Positions 1 to 11,071 are shown, counted from the stretch's first letter. The stretch is 22,413 bases of DNA from Candidatus Krumholzibacteriota bacterium (GCA_039714075.1 JBDLKA010000057.1:1-22413); one strand, 5' to 3'. The notes: a model not told the origin generated them from the letters alone. Numbers and translations are program-made.

Positions 1-34
1 CTTCCTGAACAATCCGGTCGGCGGAAACTCCTGA
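1..34 (+). CDS. Possible 3' end of an upstream gene (...FLNNPVGGNS*), truncated by the window edge
   Basis: Frame 2 reads TTC CTG AAC AAT CCG GTC GGC GGA AAC TCC TGA with high-GC3 codons; too short to verify. Confidence 0.25.
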   Translation, partial: FLNNPVGGNS

Positions 35-119
35 AGATTGCCTCTGCCCTGTCCATTACCGGCCGAACCTGCTACCCTGACCTTCCGCGTCACGCCGACT
101 TCCCCCGAAAGGACCCCGT

Positions 120-1268
120 TTGAGCACCCCTTTGATCGCCCCCGACCAGAACTGGGCCATATGGGCCGTCCTGCTGGGTGCCGCCGCGTTCGGCTTCCGG
201 GCCGAAAACACCAAGGCCGGCCGCAAGCTTTCCGGCGCCATCCTGACCATGGGTTTCACCTTCGTTTTGTCCAACCTGGGCGTGATCCCCGCCGACAAAG
301 TGCCCGCCTACGACGTGGTGTGGGGCTACCTGGTCCCGCTGGCCATCCCCCTGCTTCTGTTCCGGGCCGACCTGCGCCGCATCCTGCGGGAAGCCGGGCC
401 CACCCTGCTGGCCTTCATGATCGGCGGCGTCGGAACGGTCATCGGCACGATCGTGGCGTACAACGTCGTGCCCCTGGGCGATGAAGGCTGGAAGCTGGCG
501 AGCATATTCTCGGCCACCTACATCGGGGGATCCATGAACTACGCCGCGGCCGCCGAGGCCGTGGGCCTCAGGTCGGGCGACCTGTTGAGTGCGGGCGTGG
601 CGGCCGACAACCTGGCGATGGCCCTGTATTTCCTGGTCCTGTTCGCCTTGCCTTCAATTGTCTGGCTGCGCCAAAAGTACGTGAAGCGCCACCACGAGGT
701 GGCCGAAGGATCCGCCGAACTGGACGCCAGCCGACAGACCGCCGCCACGCTACCCGACGTGCAGGGCGCCTCCCTTGCGCTGGCCATCGCCCTGGGACTA
801 TGCGCGGTCGGCTTCGGCCTGGCTTCGCTGACCGGCTGGCGGGGCAGCGGCATCCTGGTGGTCACCGCCCTGACCGTTGCCCTGGCCACCGCTTTCCCCG
901 GGCCCTTCAGGAAACTGGCCGGCGCGGAGGTCCTGGGAACGTTCCTGATGCAGATCTTCTTCGCGGTGATCGGGGCAAGCGCCAACGTCCTGGTGGTCAT
1001 GAAGGTCGGCCCGGTGCTGTTCGTGTTCGCCGCCCTGATCCTGACGATACACCTGATCTTTCTGCTGCTGGCGGGCTGGCTGCTGCGGCTCGACCTGTCC
1101 GAGATGATCATCGCGTCGAACGCCAACATGGGCGGCCCGACCACTGCCGCGGCCATGGCCGTGGCCCGCCGCTGGGAGACCCTGGTCCTTCCGGCCATCC
1201 TGTGTGGAACCCTGGGTTACGCCGTCGCCACATTCATCGGGGTGGCGCTTGGTCACTGGCTGCGGTGA
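120..1268 (+). CDS. DUF819 family multi-pass membrane protein (putative transporter)
   Basis: 382 aa with about 10-11 hydrophobic segments; family-typical motifs ATYIGGSMNY and ASNANMGGPTTAAAMA; TTG start preceded by AAAGGA. Confidence 0.8.
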   Translation: MSTPLIAPDQNWAIWAVLLGAAAFGFRAENTKAGRKLSGAILTMGFTFVLSNLGVIPADKVPAYDVVWGYLVPLAIPLLLFRADLRRILREAGPTLLAFMIGGVGTVIGTIVAYNVVPLGDEGWKLASIFSATYIGGSMNYAAAAEAVGLRSGDLLSAGVAADNLAMALYFLVLFALPSIVWLRQKYVKRHHEVAEGSAELDASRQTAATLPDVQGASLALAIALGLCAVGFGLASLTGWRGSGILVVTALTVALATAFPGPFRKLAGAEVLGTFLMQIFFAVIGASANVLVVMKVGPVLFVFAALILTIHLIFLLLAGWLLRLDLSEMIIASNANMGGPTTAAAMAVARRWETLVLPAILCGTLGYAVATFIGVALGHWLR

Positions 1269-1312
1269 ATCGTGGTTTAAGAGTCGGGTCGGGCAAACCA
1301 ACCATTCCCGGC

Positions 1313-2863
1313 TTACAGGAGCGCGCGATAAATCCGCACTGTTTCATTCCTGAACCTGATGGGAATGGTTTTCACGAGGGTGTACTTCCTGCTGAAGTCG
1401 GGATCGGCGAACATCGCCGCGTCGGGAATCCGGATGAATTCATCGTTTTCCGAAGCGACCAGCACCACCAGGTCGGGATGTTTTCCCAATACATATTCCG
1501 GATCGCTTTTGAAATGCTGCCGGCCGTCCAGGCGTGAGATGTGGGGATCGATGAGGCCGAACATATCGACGATCCGCCGCCCACTGTGGAACCCCACCAA
1601 CCCGATATCACACAGGGCCACGGATGCCCCCGGCGGCGTGTTGTCCACGATCCATCGGGCCGTCTGCCGGTATCCGTCGGTCAGATAGGATCCGCTCTTC
1701 ACAAAAGGCATGACCGCCCTGCCGGTCGCCCGTTCGACTTTGTAGACATTCACGTAGCCTGCCGCCATCGTTCCCGCAAGCACGATAATCAAGGACCACT
1801 TCCCCACCGGGTTTTGTGCTCCGGAAACCTGTTGCCGCAGCAGAATAATGGCGCCCAGACCGGCGGCACACCCTGCGGCAAGCAACGGCATGACCGGAAC
1901 GAAGAACCGGTAGAAGTGCATCCAATCCCCCCCCGCGGCGATCACGATTCCCGCCTGGACGGCCACGATGACGGCGGCAAACAGGAAGGCCCGCGGGAAT
2001 TTCCGGTTGAGCAGATTGGCCAGGAACAGCCCGGCCAGAATCGCCCCTCCGTTTTCCCGCAGCCAATCGAGGGTGTAGTGGGTACCCTCGACGAAGGCCC
2101 GGCCCTCGCCGGTCATTTTGGCGTAAAAGGTATTCGGCAGGGGGTCGCCGTAATAGGACCATTTCCAGGCGAACAGGGCCGTGACCACCACGAAAGCGGC
2201 AAGAAACTCGATCCACATCAAAGTTGAAGTCGGCTTCGGTGCAGGGCCGGTGCCAATTCCTGATCCGACATGACGCCAGAGCAGGAAAAGCAGGGCGAAA
2301 ACGACACCCTCGGGACGCATGAAAATGAGCAGCACAAGGAGCAACAGGAAAATACCGCTGTTTGTCGAGGTCGGTTTTCCTGTCGAAGTGACGAATCCCG
2401 CCATGATCAGGGCCGCAAACGGCACGGTCTCCAGACCGGTGGTGGAATGGCGGGGCAACATGGGGTTGAGCGCGAGAAAAAGAGGGGCGAACAGGGCGGA
2501 CATTTTAGCTTTGGACGCCAGGATCCCGGCGGCCCTCCAGGACAACACCAAGGCCGCCAAGCCGGCCAAAAGCGCGGTAATCCGTAGAACCACCAAGGGT
2601 TCCAGGCCCAATTTGATGGCCAGACTCGCGTACAGGACCCAGCCCAGGTTGGAATATCCCTCGACCCGCTCCCCCGGGTTGAACACCAGGCCGGACCCGT
2701 TCACGAAATTCTGCGCGTACCGCAGGGAGATGAAGGCATCGTCCTCGACCCACTCCCAGTAATAGAGAGCATGGGCCAGGTAGATCAGGCATATGACCCC
2801 AAGGAAAAACAAGGTCTTTCCGGTAAGGCCTGGGGGAAGTTGTGCCGCCCGTTCCTTCGACAT
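1313..2863 (-). CDS. GT-C-type integral membrane glycosyltransferase (AftB/ArnT/PMT-like superfamily)
   Basis: 516 aa; TM1 followed by acidic loop EDDAFISLRYAQN...GLVFNPGERVEGYS; GLET, RPEG, YYGDPLPNTFYAK and GGDWM..YRF motifs; many TM helices then a soluble C-terminal domain (DMFGLIDPHI). Confidence 0.7.
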   Translation of the reverse strand: MSKERAAQLPPGLTGKTLFFLGVICLIYLAHALYYWEWVEDDAFISLRYAQNFVNGSGLVFNPGERVEGYSNLGWVLYASLAIKLGLEPLVVLRITALLAGLAALVLSWRAAGILASKAKMSALFAPLFLALNPMLPRHSTTGLETVPFAALIMAGFVTSTGKPTSTNSGIFLLLLVLLIFMRPEGVVFALLFLLWRHVGSGIGTGPAPKPTSTLMWIEFLAAFVVVTALFAWKWSYYGDPLPNTFYAKMTGEGRAFVEGTHYTLDWLRENGGAILAGLFLANLLNRKFPRAFLFAAVIVAVQAGIVIAAGGDWMHFYRFFVPVMPLLAAGCAAGLGAIILLRQQVSGAQNPVGKWSLIIVLAGTMAAGYVNVYKVERATGRAVMPFVKSGSYLTDGYRQTARWIVDNTPPGASVALCDIGLVGFHSGRRIVDMFGLIDPHISRLDGRQHFKSDPEYVLGKHPDLVVLVASENDEFIRIPDAAMFADPDFSRKYTLVKTIPIRFRNETVRIYRALL

Positions 2864-2879
2864 TGCAAGACCATCCCGG

Positions 2880-2912
2880 CTGCCATGATCCCGATCATCG
2901 GGATCATGGCAG
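2880..2912. repeat. Perfect 33-bp palindrome (16-bp arms, 1-nt centre) in the SGNH-GT intergenic spacer
   Basis: CTGCCATGATCCCGAT-C-ATCGGGATCATGGCAG; the arms are exact reverse complements. Confidence 0.9.
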
Positions 2913-2931
2913 GTTAACTTTTCGACGACAT

Positions 2932-4002
2932 TTAATCCACGCCCAAATCACGTGCTTCCGTCCTGGGCGGCAGCAGATCATTCTCCAGGATGAATCCGGC
3001 GATGGCCTCGGCGGCAATCCGGTGACCCCGTTCGTTCGGATGCTGGTCACTGGGATGAACCCACAGATCCGTGTACGCCTCACCCATGAATGCTTCCAGC
3101 AGATCCAGCTCCACTATGCCGTTGCGGGCGCAGTAATCCGACAGCATGAGTTGCAGCGGCCGAAACGGGTGCTGCTCGTCGAGTTCATACATGAAGGGAA
3201 AGACCACCACGGCATACTTCGCCCCGCCTGCTTCAGCCAGATGCCGCCCTTTCAACAGGTAGTCCATGCTGGCGGTCCATTTATGTTGCTCCTGCATGGC
3301 GCTGTCGAGCAATTCGTCAATGTATTGCTGGCCGTAAAGGCGGCGCTTGAGCGTGGCGTACATATAGCTGGCAAGGTAGGAATGTTTCAGATACCTGTTT
3401 TCATACTCGCTCCTGAAGTTTTCCCACAAATCAAGACCCCCGGCGTAGTCGGCGTCGTTGAAGACATAGACCAGCACAACCAGATCCGGTTCAAACTCCA
3501 GTCCCGCCTGTTCGAGGTAGTTGATTTCGTCGTCGGTGCCCCAGGTACTGGTCCCGAAGTTCAACACTTCGGCCACTCCCCCGGAACGTTGGTTCAGGAT
3601 CTCCTCGAGGCGGGAACAAAAAGTGTGCTCGAGCCTGACCCCTTCTCCGAAGGTAAAGGAATCGCCAAGGACAATGATTCGCGTGGTGCCGGGCGCCTTC
3701 CGTTTTTCATAATCGGGCCCCCGGAAACCGTGATTGTTGATGTGGTAGGCCAACCCGTTGTTCCGGTCGAAGTAGCCCCGGGGGTTGCTGTCATACCGCA
3801 ACTCGAACCGACTGTGGGGTTTGAATTGGGTTTTTACCCCGGGCAATCTTTCCGCTTCGGGCAGCAGGGCATGATCCCAGTCACGAGTCCGCGGCTGGTG
3901 GTAACCCCTGATATCAAACACTCGGAAAATTGTCTCCAGCAAGACCAGGGTCAGGAAAATGGAGAAAAATACCAATAGCAGTTTCAGCCGGAAGTTATTC
4001 AT
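2932..4002 (-). CDS. SGNH/GDSL hydrolase family protein with N-terminal membrane anchor
   Basis: 356 aa; block I LGDSFTFG, block II NFGTSTWG, block III VFND, block V DQHPN; hydrophobic N-terminus ending LLETIFR. Confidence 0.85.
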   Translation of the reverse strand: MNNFRLKLLLVFFSIFLTLVLLETIFRVFDIRGYHQPRTRDWDHALLPEAERLPGVKTQFKPHSRFELRYDSNPRGYFDRNNGLAYHINNHGFRGPDYEKRKAPGTTRIIVLGDSFTFGEGVRLEHTFCSRLEEILNQRSGGVAEVLNFGTSTWGTDDEINYLEQAGLEFEPDLVVLVYVFNDADYAGGLDLWENFRSEYENRYLKHSYLASYMYATLKRRLYGQQYIDELLDSAMQEQHKWTASMDYLLKGRHLAEAGGAKYAVVVFPFMYELDEQHPFRPLQLMLSDYCARNGIVELDLLEAFMGEAYTDLWVHPSDQHPNERGHRIAAEAIAGFILENDLLPPRTEARDLGVD

Positions 4003-4123
4003 TGAAAAAAAATATACCGGGAGGGTCTAATGATATCAAGGGTTATGGAAGCCGCCACCACCTTCATCCGAGTCGCGCTAGGTCTTCGGCTGCGGTCGTA
4101 AAATCCCGGAAAGAGGATGACGC

Positions 4124-4714
4124 ATGAAAATTGTCGCTATCATTATCGGTCTGGCCATTCTGATGGCCACCGCCGTCGGTATTTTTTTCCTGCGGGGCGC
4201 CATGTCCACCGGGAGCCAGAAACCGACCGGGAGCACGGCGAACGTGTTCTGGGATCTGAAGACCAACAGCCTGGCCGGCGAACCGGTCAACCTGGCGGAC
4301 TGGGAAGGCCAGGTCGCGCTGGTGGTGAACGTGGCCAGCAAATGCGGCCTGACCCCCCAGTATGAGGGTCTGCAGACCCTCTACGAGGAACATGAAAAAG
4401 ACGGCTTCGTGATTCTGGCCTTCCCCAGCAACGACTTCATGGGCCAGGAACCGGGCACCCCCGCGGAAATCCGGGAATTCTGCAGCAGCAACTTCGGGAT
4501 CACCTTTCCCATGTTCGAAAAGGTGAAGGTCAAAGGCGACGGCAAGGGCGAAATCTACGCCTGGTTGACCAGCAGCGGCCTGGAAGAGCCCACCTGGAAC
4601 TTCACCAAGTATCTGGTCGGGCGGGACGGCCGGTTGGTCGCCCGCTTTGCTCCGCGCACCAAACCGGACGACGTGGACATGGCGGCGGCCATCGCCGCGG
4701 CCCTGCAGCAATAG
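4124..4714 (+). CDS. gpx: Glutathione peroxidase family protein (Cys-type, probably thioredoxin-dependent) with N-terminal signal or anchor
   Basis: Motifs VNVASKCGLTPQY, AFPSNDFMGQEPG, EFC and WNFTKYL; RBS AGAGGA upstream of ATG. Confidence 0.92.
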   Translation: MKIVAIIIGLAILMATAVGIFFLRGAMSTGSQKPTGSTANVFWDLKTNSLAGEPVNLADWEGQVALVVNVASKCGLTPQYEGLQTLYEEHEKDGFVILAFPSNDFMGQEPGTPAEIREFCSSNFGITFPMFEKVKVKGDGKGEIYAWLTSSGLEEPTWNFTKYLVGRDGRLVARFAPRTKPDDVDMAAAIAAALQQ

Positions 4715-4750
4715 GAAACCCGGCGGATCGTCCGCCGGGTTTCCTCTTTT
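4713..4750 (+). terminator. Intrinsic terminator after gpx; may also serve the convergent lipoprotein gene
   Basis: Perfect 15-bp stem AGGAAACCCGGCGGA-TCG-TCCGCCGGGTTTCCT followed by CTTTT. Confidence 0.8.
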
Positions 4751-4768
4751 CAATCTGCTGGGTCTTCG

Positions 4769-6052
4769 TCAATCACCGTCAAGGCACTTGTACTGGGCGC
4801 GGAACTTGTCCGCCCCGTTTTCCCCGATCATGATCTGGACGTGTTCCCGCTGGGGCGCCCCGTCCTCGAACGTGATCTTCTTGTCCTGCGCGCGCACCCG
4901 GGCGCCCGTCATGGTCATGAACCCGTGCTGATTGCCATTCACTTCCGCGCTGAAGGGCGGACCGACCGGCTGCCCGGTGCCGATATCCACCGGCACGGCG
5001 ATGATGTTCCCCGTGTAGCCTCCCTGGTAGGAGAACTGGCCGAATTCGTCCACCATGGCCGTGTTGTAGAAGTCCACCGGGCCTTCGATCCACAGCCAGT
5101 CGTACGGGCCGCTGCTGCAGTAGGGCCGGGGCACGAACTGTCCGAATTCTATGGTCGCGGCGGAACCGGTCTCACCCATGGTCACGGTAGCCGGACCGGC
5201 CAGATGCACGATCATCGCCTGGCCGTCGGTGGGAATGCCCACCGGATCATCCACTGGAGGCGGCGGCCCGCCGACGATGGCCAGCAATTCGGGCGGCAAC
5301 CCGTTGTAGACCGCGGGAATGATGTAGCGGAAAGTCGGCGTGGGCGTGATCGGCCCGCTGGGCATCAGGTCCGTCACCGGATTGACCAGGCCGGTGCGCG
5401 TCATGTCCCCCACCACGATGTCCTTGGCGGCATCCCAGCTGAGCACCTGGTGGTCGGTGGTGCCGGGAATCAGCACTTCGAAATGGGCCGCCCCGATGGT
5501 GATGGGCGAGCCGTCGGCGCTCACCGCTCCGGTCCGGAAGAGCCGCAGATGGAACCGGACAGGATCATAGTCACCCAGGGTGAGTTGGATGACCGAGCCC
5601 CGCCAGCCACCTTCGGCCTCGTAATTCGATTGCACGCCGCCGCCGAGGGCATCCTTCCAGACCTGGTTGAACGGGTAGGCGTCCTCCAGGCCCAGGACCG
5701 AACGGTCTCCGTCCAGCCCCAGCAGGGCCGCGCGGATCTGCACCGGATCGGCAAACCCGGTGAAGATCAGGTTGACCGGGTCCATGGGCACGCCGTCCAG
5801 TTTGGCCCCGGTATAGGGCCAACATGTCAGGGGGCTGCCAAAGCAATCGATGTCCGCCAGATCGGCGGGAATGATACTGCCGTCCTGGAATTCGTTGTCG
5901 ACGTCCTTGTCCATCCCCTCGGTCAAAAGACCGGGAGCGGTCGATGACGCGGGTTCGAGCGGAGTCTCCTCCGAACACCCGAACAGGAACAGCAGCCCGC
6001 CCAGGATAAGGATCGGCACCAGCATTCTCGGAAATTTCTTGAGATTTTTCAT
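4769..6052 (-). CDS. Hypothetical lipoprotein; N-terminal half weakly resembles LssY C-terminal-like domains
   Basis: 427 aa; basic N-terminus, hydrophobic core, lipobox LFG-C followed by SEE; SD GGAGGGA; strong GC3 bias; motifs DPVNLIFTG, RFHLRLF and GAAHFE. The domain resemblance is recalled, not verified. Confidence 0.75.
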   Translation of the reverse strand: MKNLKKFPRMLVPILILGGLLFLFGCSEETPLEPASSTAPGLLTEGMDKDVDNEFQDGSIIPADLADIDCFGSPLTCWPYTGAKLDGVPMDPVNLIFTGFADPVQIRAALLGLDGDRSVLGLEDAYPFNQVWKDALGGGVQSNYEAEGGWRGSVIQLTLGDYDPVRFHLRLFRTGAVSADGSPITIGAAHFEVLIPGTTDHQVLSWDAAKDIVVGDMTRTGLVNPVTDLMPSGPITPTPTFRYIIPAVYNGLPPELLAIVGGPPPPVDDPVGIPTDGQAMIVHLAGPATVTMGETGSAATIEFGQFVPRPYCSSGPYDWLWIEGPVDFYNTAMVDEFGQFSYQGGYTGNIIAVPVDIGTGQPVGPPFSAEVNGNQHGFMTMTGARVRAQDKKITFEDGAPQREHVQIMIGENGADKFRAQYKCLDGD

Positions 6053-6451
6053 GCTCTCGTCCCTCCATAAGCTGCGCGTGATGGCCCATGACTTGAGGGA
6101 GCATCACGGCAAGGCCGGAATTGAAATGGGTTGATGAATTAATGTGGGTTGTGGGGCGTCCCCCTTCCCGGGCAAGTTCTGGGATGGTACTCAAGATTAT
6201 GAAAACCCGCCATCGTTTCGGTTGCAGCCAGGGCCCTGCCCGACGGATTCGGCCGGCTGCTGCCGCCTTTCCCAACCGGAATACAAGAGACGGACCAGGC
6301 GGTTGGCCTGGCCCACGGAAATTTCATTTCATTTGGTGACAACCAGTTGGCCTGGCCAAGAACGGAAGTTAAACCAATGGGGAGCGGTGCTCGCAGGAGA
6401 CACTGTCACCGGTCCGATACAGTTTAGTATGGGTTATTGCGCAGGCGGGAG

Positions 6452-6489
6452 AAACAAAACCCCGGTGGAAATCCTTTCCCACCGGGGTT
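6452..6489 (-). terminator. Intrinsic terminator of nrdJ
   Basis: Stem AACCCCGGTGG (6458-6468) / CCACCGGGGTT (6479-6489); the minus-strand transcript ends GGGG-TTTTGTTT. Confidence 0.85.
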
Positions 6490-6554
6490 CCTTGGCATTC
6501 CGTTGCCTCAGGCTCGCTCCATCGATTCGCGTGAGCGGGCTCTTATGGCCGTGT

Positions 6555-6586
6555 GTTCAGGAGCAACCAGTTCAGGAGCAACCGGT

Positions 6587-6599
<13 letters not shown>
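6555..6599. repeat. Three tandem 15-bp copies spanning the nrdJ stop codon
   Basis: GTTCAGGAGCAACCA / GTTCAGGAGCAACCG / GTTCAGGAGCAACCG; the minus strand reads ACC GGT TGC TCC TGA repeated. Confidence 0.95.
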
Positions 6600-9571
<2,972 letters not shown>

Positions 9572-9737
9572 GATCCCCACTCCTTTGTTCAGATCCATCT
9601 GAACTCCTGAATAACACAGGACTTTATCGATGTTTGATTGGTCCACCTGACCCGGGACGTACTCGCTGGCGGCCCGTAGATCATCTTCCTGTCTTGAGGA
9701 AAAATGAGGTCAAGCTTGATGTTCTATGTGCAAGTCA

Positions 9738-9786
9738 CCCCAATATGTTGGGGTAATCCGGCAGCCATAACCACACCCCCTTGTGG
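9738..9786. promoter_or_regulatory. Tandem NrdR boxes upstream of nrdJ
   Basis: Box 1 CCCCAATATGTTGGGG (9738-9753) fits the consensus acaCwAtATaTwGtgt in its core. Degenerate box 2 CCACACCCCCTTGTGG (9771-9786) starts 33 bp away, close to the usual tandem spacing. Confidence 0.75.
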
Positions 9787-9796
9787 GGTTGATCGG

Positions 9797-9826
9797 ACAA
9801 TAATATTTTCACCGGGCGTGCATCAA
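9797..9826 (-). promoter_or_regulatory. Candidate sigma70-type promoter of nrdJ
   Basis: Minus strand TTGATG-N18-TATTGT (or N15-TATTAT) immediately upstream of the NrdR boxes. Confidence 0.35.
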
Positions 9827-10119
9827 AGCAAAAATTTCCAGAACGTGTTTTACCGTCCGGCCCGTGATTTGAAACCTGACAAAAATCGAGGCAATCCATT
9901 GTTCTGACCTCGTATGGAGCATTTAATTTATTTTGTAAAGAATTCACTCATGATCACGCCTCAACCCTGCCGGAACATCTGTCGATTTTCCAGCATTCGC
10001 AGCCTTCGCAATAACATATTGGTTTTAAAAGAAATATGAACTCGGGGCGAGAACCCCTTTGACCTGGAACACCCGCGGGTCCGGACAACCCTGAAAAAAC
10101 CACTGGAAATGGGGAAAAA

Positions 10120-10533
10120 TCAGGTGCGATGGCCGCGGATTATTTCTTCCACGATGCCTTTGATCCGCTCCCGGCCCCGGCCAAAGGCGGCCTGGACCTC
10201 GTCCGCCGAGCCGGTGGACGACATGGGGTCGGTGATCGGCCGTGGCAGGTGGCGCTCGGGATGGGAAAGAACGGGCAGGTAGCGGCCGGCCTCGTTGCTG
10301 AGAGTGACCACCAGGTCGAAGGAGTCCAGATCGAACCGGTCAAAGGTCTTGGTTTCCTGCCCCGCCATGTCCAGCCCGACCTCGGCCATGGCCCGCCGCG
10401 TGTTGTCCGTAATGGGGTAGGTCAGCAGGCCTCCGCTGCACGCCGTCCACTCCGCGGGAAACAGCCGACCGGCCCAGGCTTCAGCCATCTGACTGCGGCA
10501 GGAGTTGGCGGTGCAGATGAAAATTACGTTCAC
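10120..10533 (-). CDS. ArsC / low-molecular-weight protein tyrosine phosphatase family protein
   Basis: P-loop FICTANSCRSQMAE, AMAEVGLDM, DLVVTL and DP motifs; GTG start overlaps the upstream stop (GTGA). Confidence 0.85.
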   Translation of the reverse strand: MNVIFICTANSCRSQMAEAWAGRLFPAEWTACSGGLLTYPITDNTRRAMAEVGLDMAGQETKTFDRFDLDSFDLVVTLSNEAGRYLPVLSHPERHLPRPITDPMSSTGSADEVQAAFGRGRERIKGIVEEIIRGHRT

Positions 10534-11039
10534 GAATCTTCGTCTTCCGGATCCACGGCGATATCCACCAGGGCATCCCCCTGGCCGACCAGTTGTCCGT
10601 CCTGGACATGGACCGCGGTGACGGAACCGGCCGCCGGCGCGGTCAACTCGGTCTCCATTTTCATTGATTCCAGGATGAGAACCGCCTGGCCCGCCTCGAC
10701 CCTCGCCTCCGGCTGAACCAGCACCTTGACCACCTTGCCCGGCATGGCGGCGAAAAGACCGCCGCCGACGGCGGTATCGACTTCATCATCGGCCACTTCC
10801 GGGTCCGGCAGATCCAGCACATGCACCTTGCCGTCACAGAAAACCAGACGCTGGTCCCCCTTGCGGGCCACCCACAGACGGCGGCGGCCCTGATGGGTGT
10901 CCACCAGCCAGGATCCTCCCTGCTCGCGGAACGCCTGCAGGGGCACCTCCCGGCCATCGACGACCAGTCGCCAGTCGTCACCCTGTCGGGAAACCTCGAC
11001 GGCGACCGTTTCCTCTTGGCAGCGAAAATTCAGCAACAA
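10530..11039 (-). CDS. Biotin carboxyl carrier subunit (BT-like domain plus biotinyl domain)
   Basis: AAMPGKVVKV...ILESMKMETEL biotinylation motif; TTG start with SD AAAGGA 8 nt upstream. Confidence 0.9.
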   Translation of the reverse strand: MLLNFRCQEETVAVEVSRQGDDWRLVVDGREVPLQAFREQGGSWLVDTHQGRRRLWVARKGDQRLVFCDGKVHVLDLPDPEVADDEVDTAVGGGLFAAMPGKVVKVLVQPEARVEAGQAVLILESMKMETELTAPAAGSVTAVHVQDGQLVGQGDALVDIAVDPEDEDS

Positions 11040-11071
11040 GGCAATCGTCCTTTCTCCGGGTATAGGGCGTC

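Noticed and set aside
4343..4345. Selenocysteine in the glutathione peroxidase
   Set aside because: The active-site codon is TGC (Cys), not TGA.
10001..10035. dif/Xer recombination site (CCTTCGCAATAA...)
   Set aside because: Only partial resemblance to the XerC arm; no TTATGTTAAA-like XerD arm at the 6-bp spacing.
9572..10119. Cobalamin riboswitch upstream of B12-dependent nrdJ
   Set aside because: No B12-box or conserved core is recognisable on the minus strand. The CCACTG...GGGGAA near 10100-10116 is on the wrong strand and lacks the rest of the motif. An Rfam scan would settle it.
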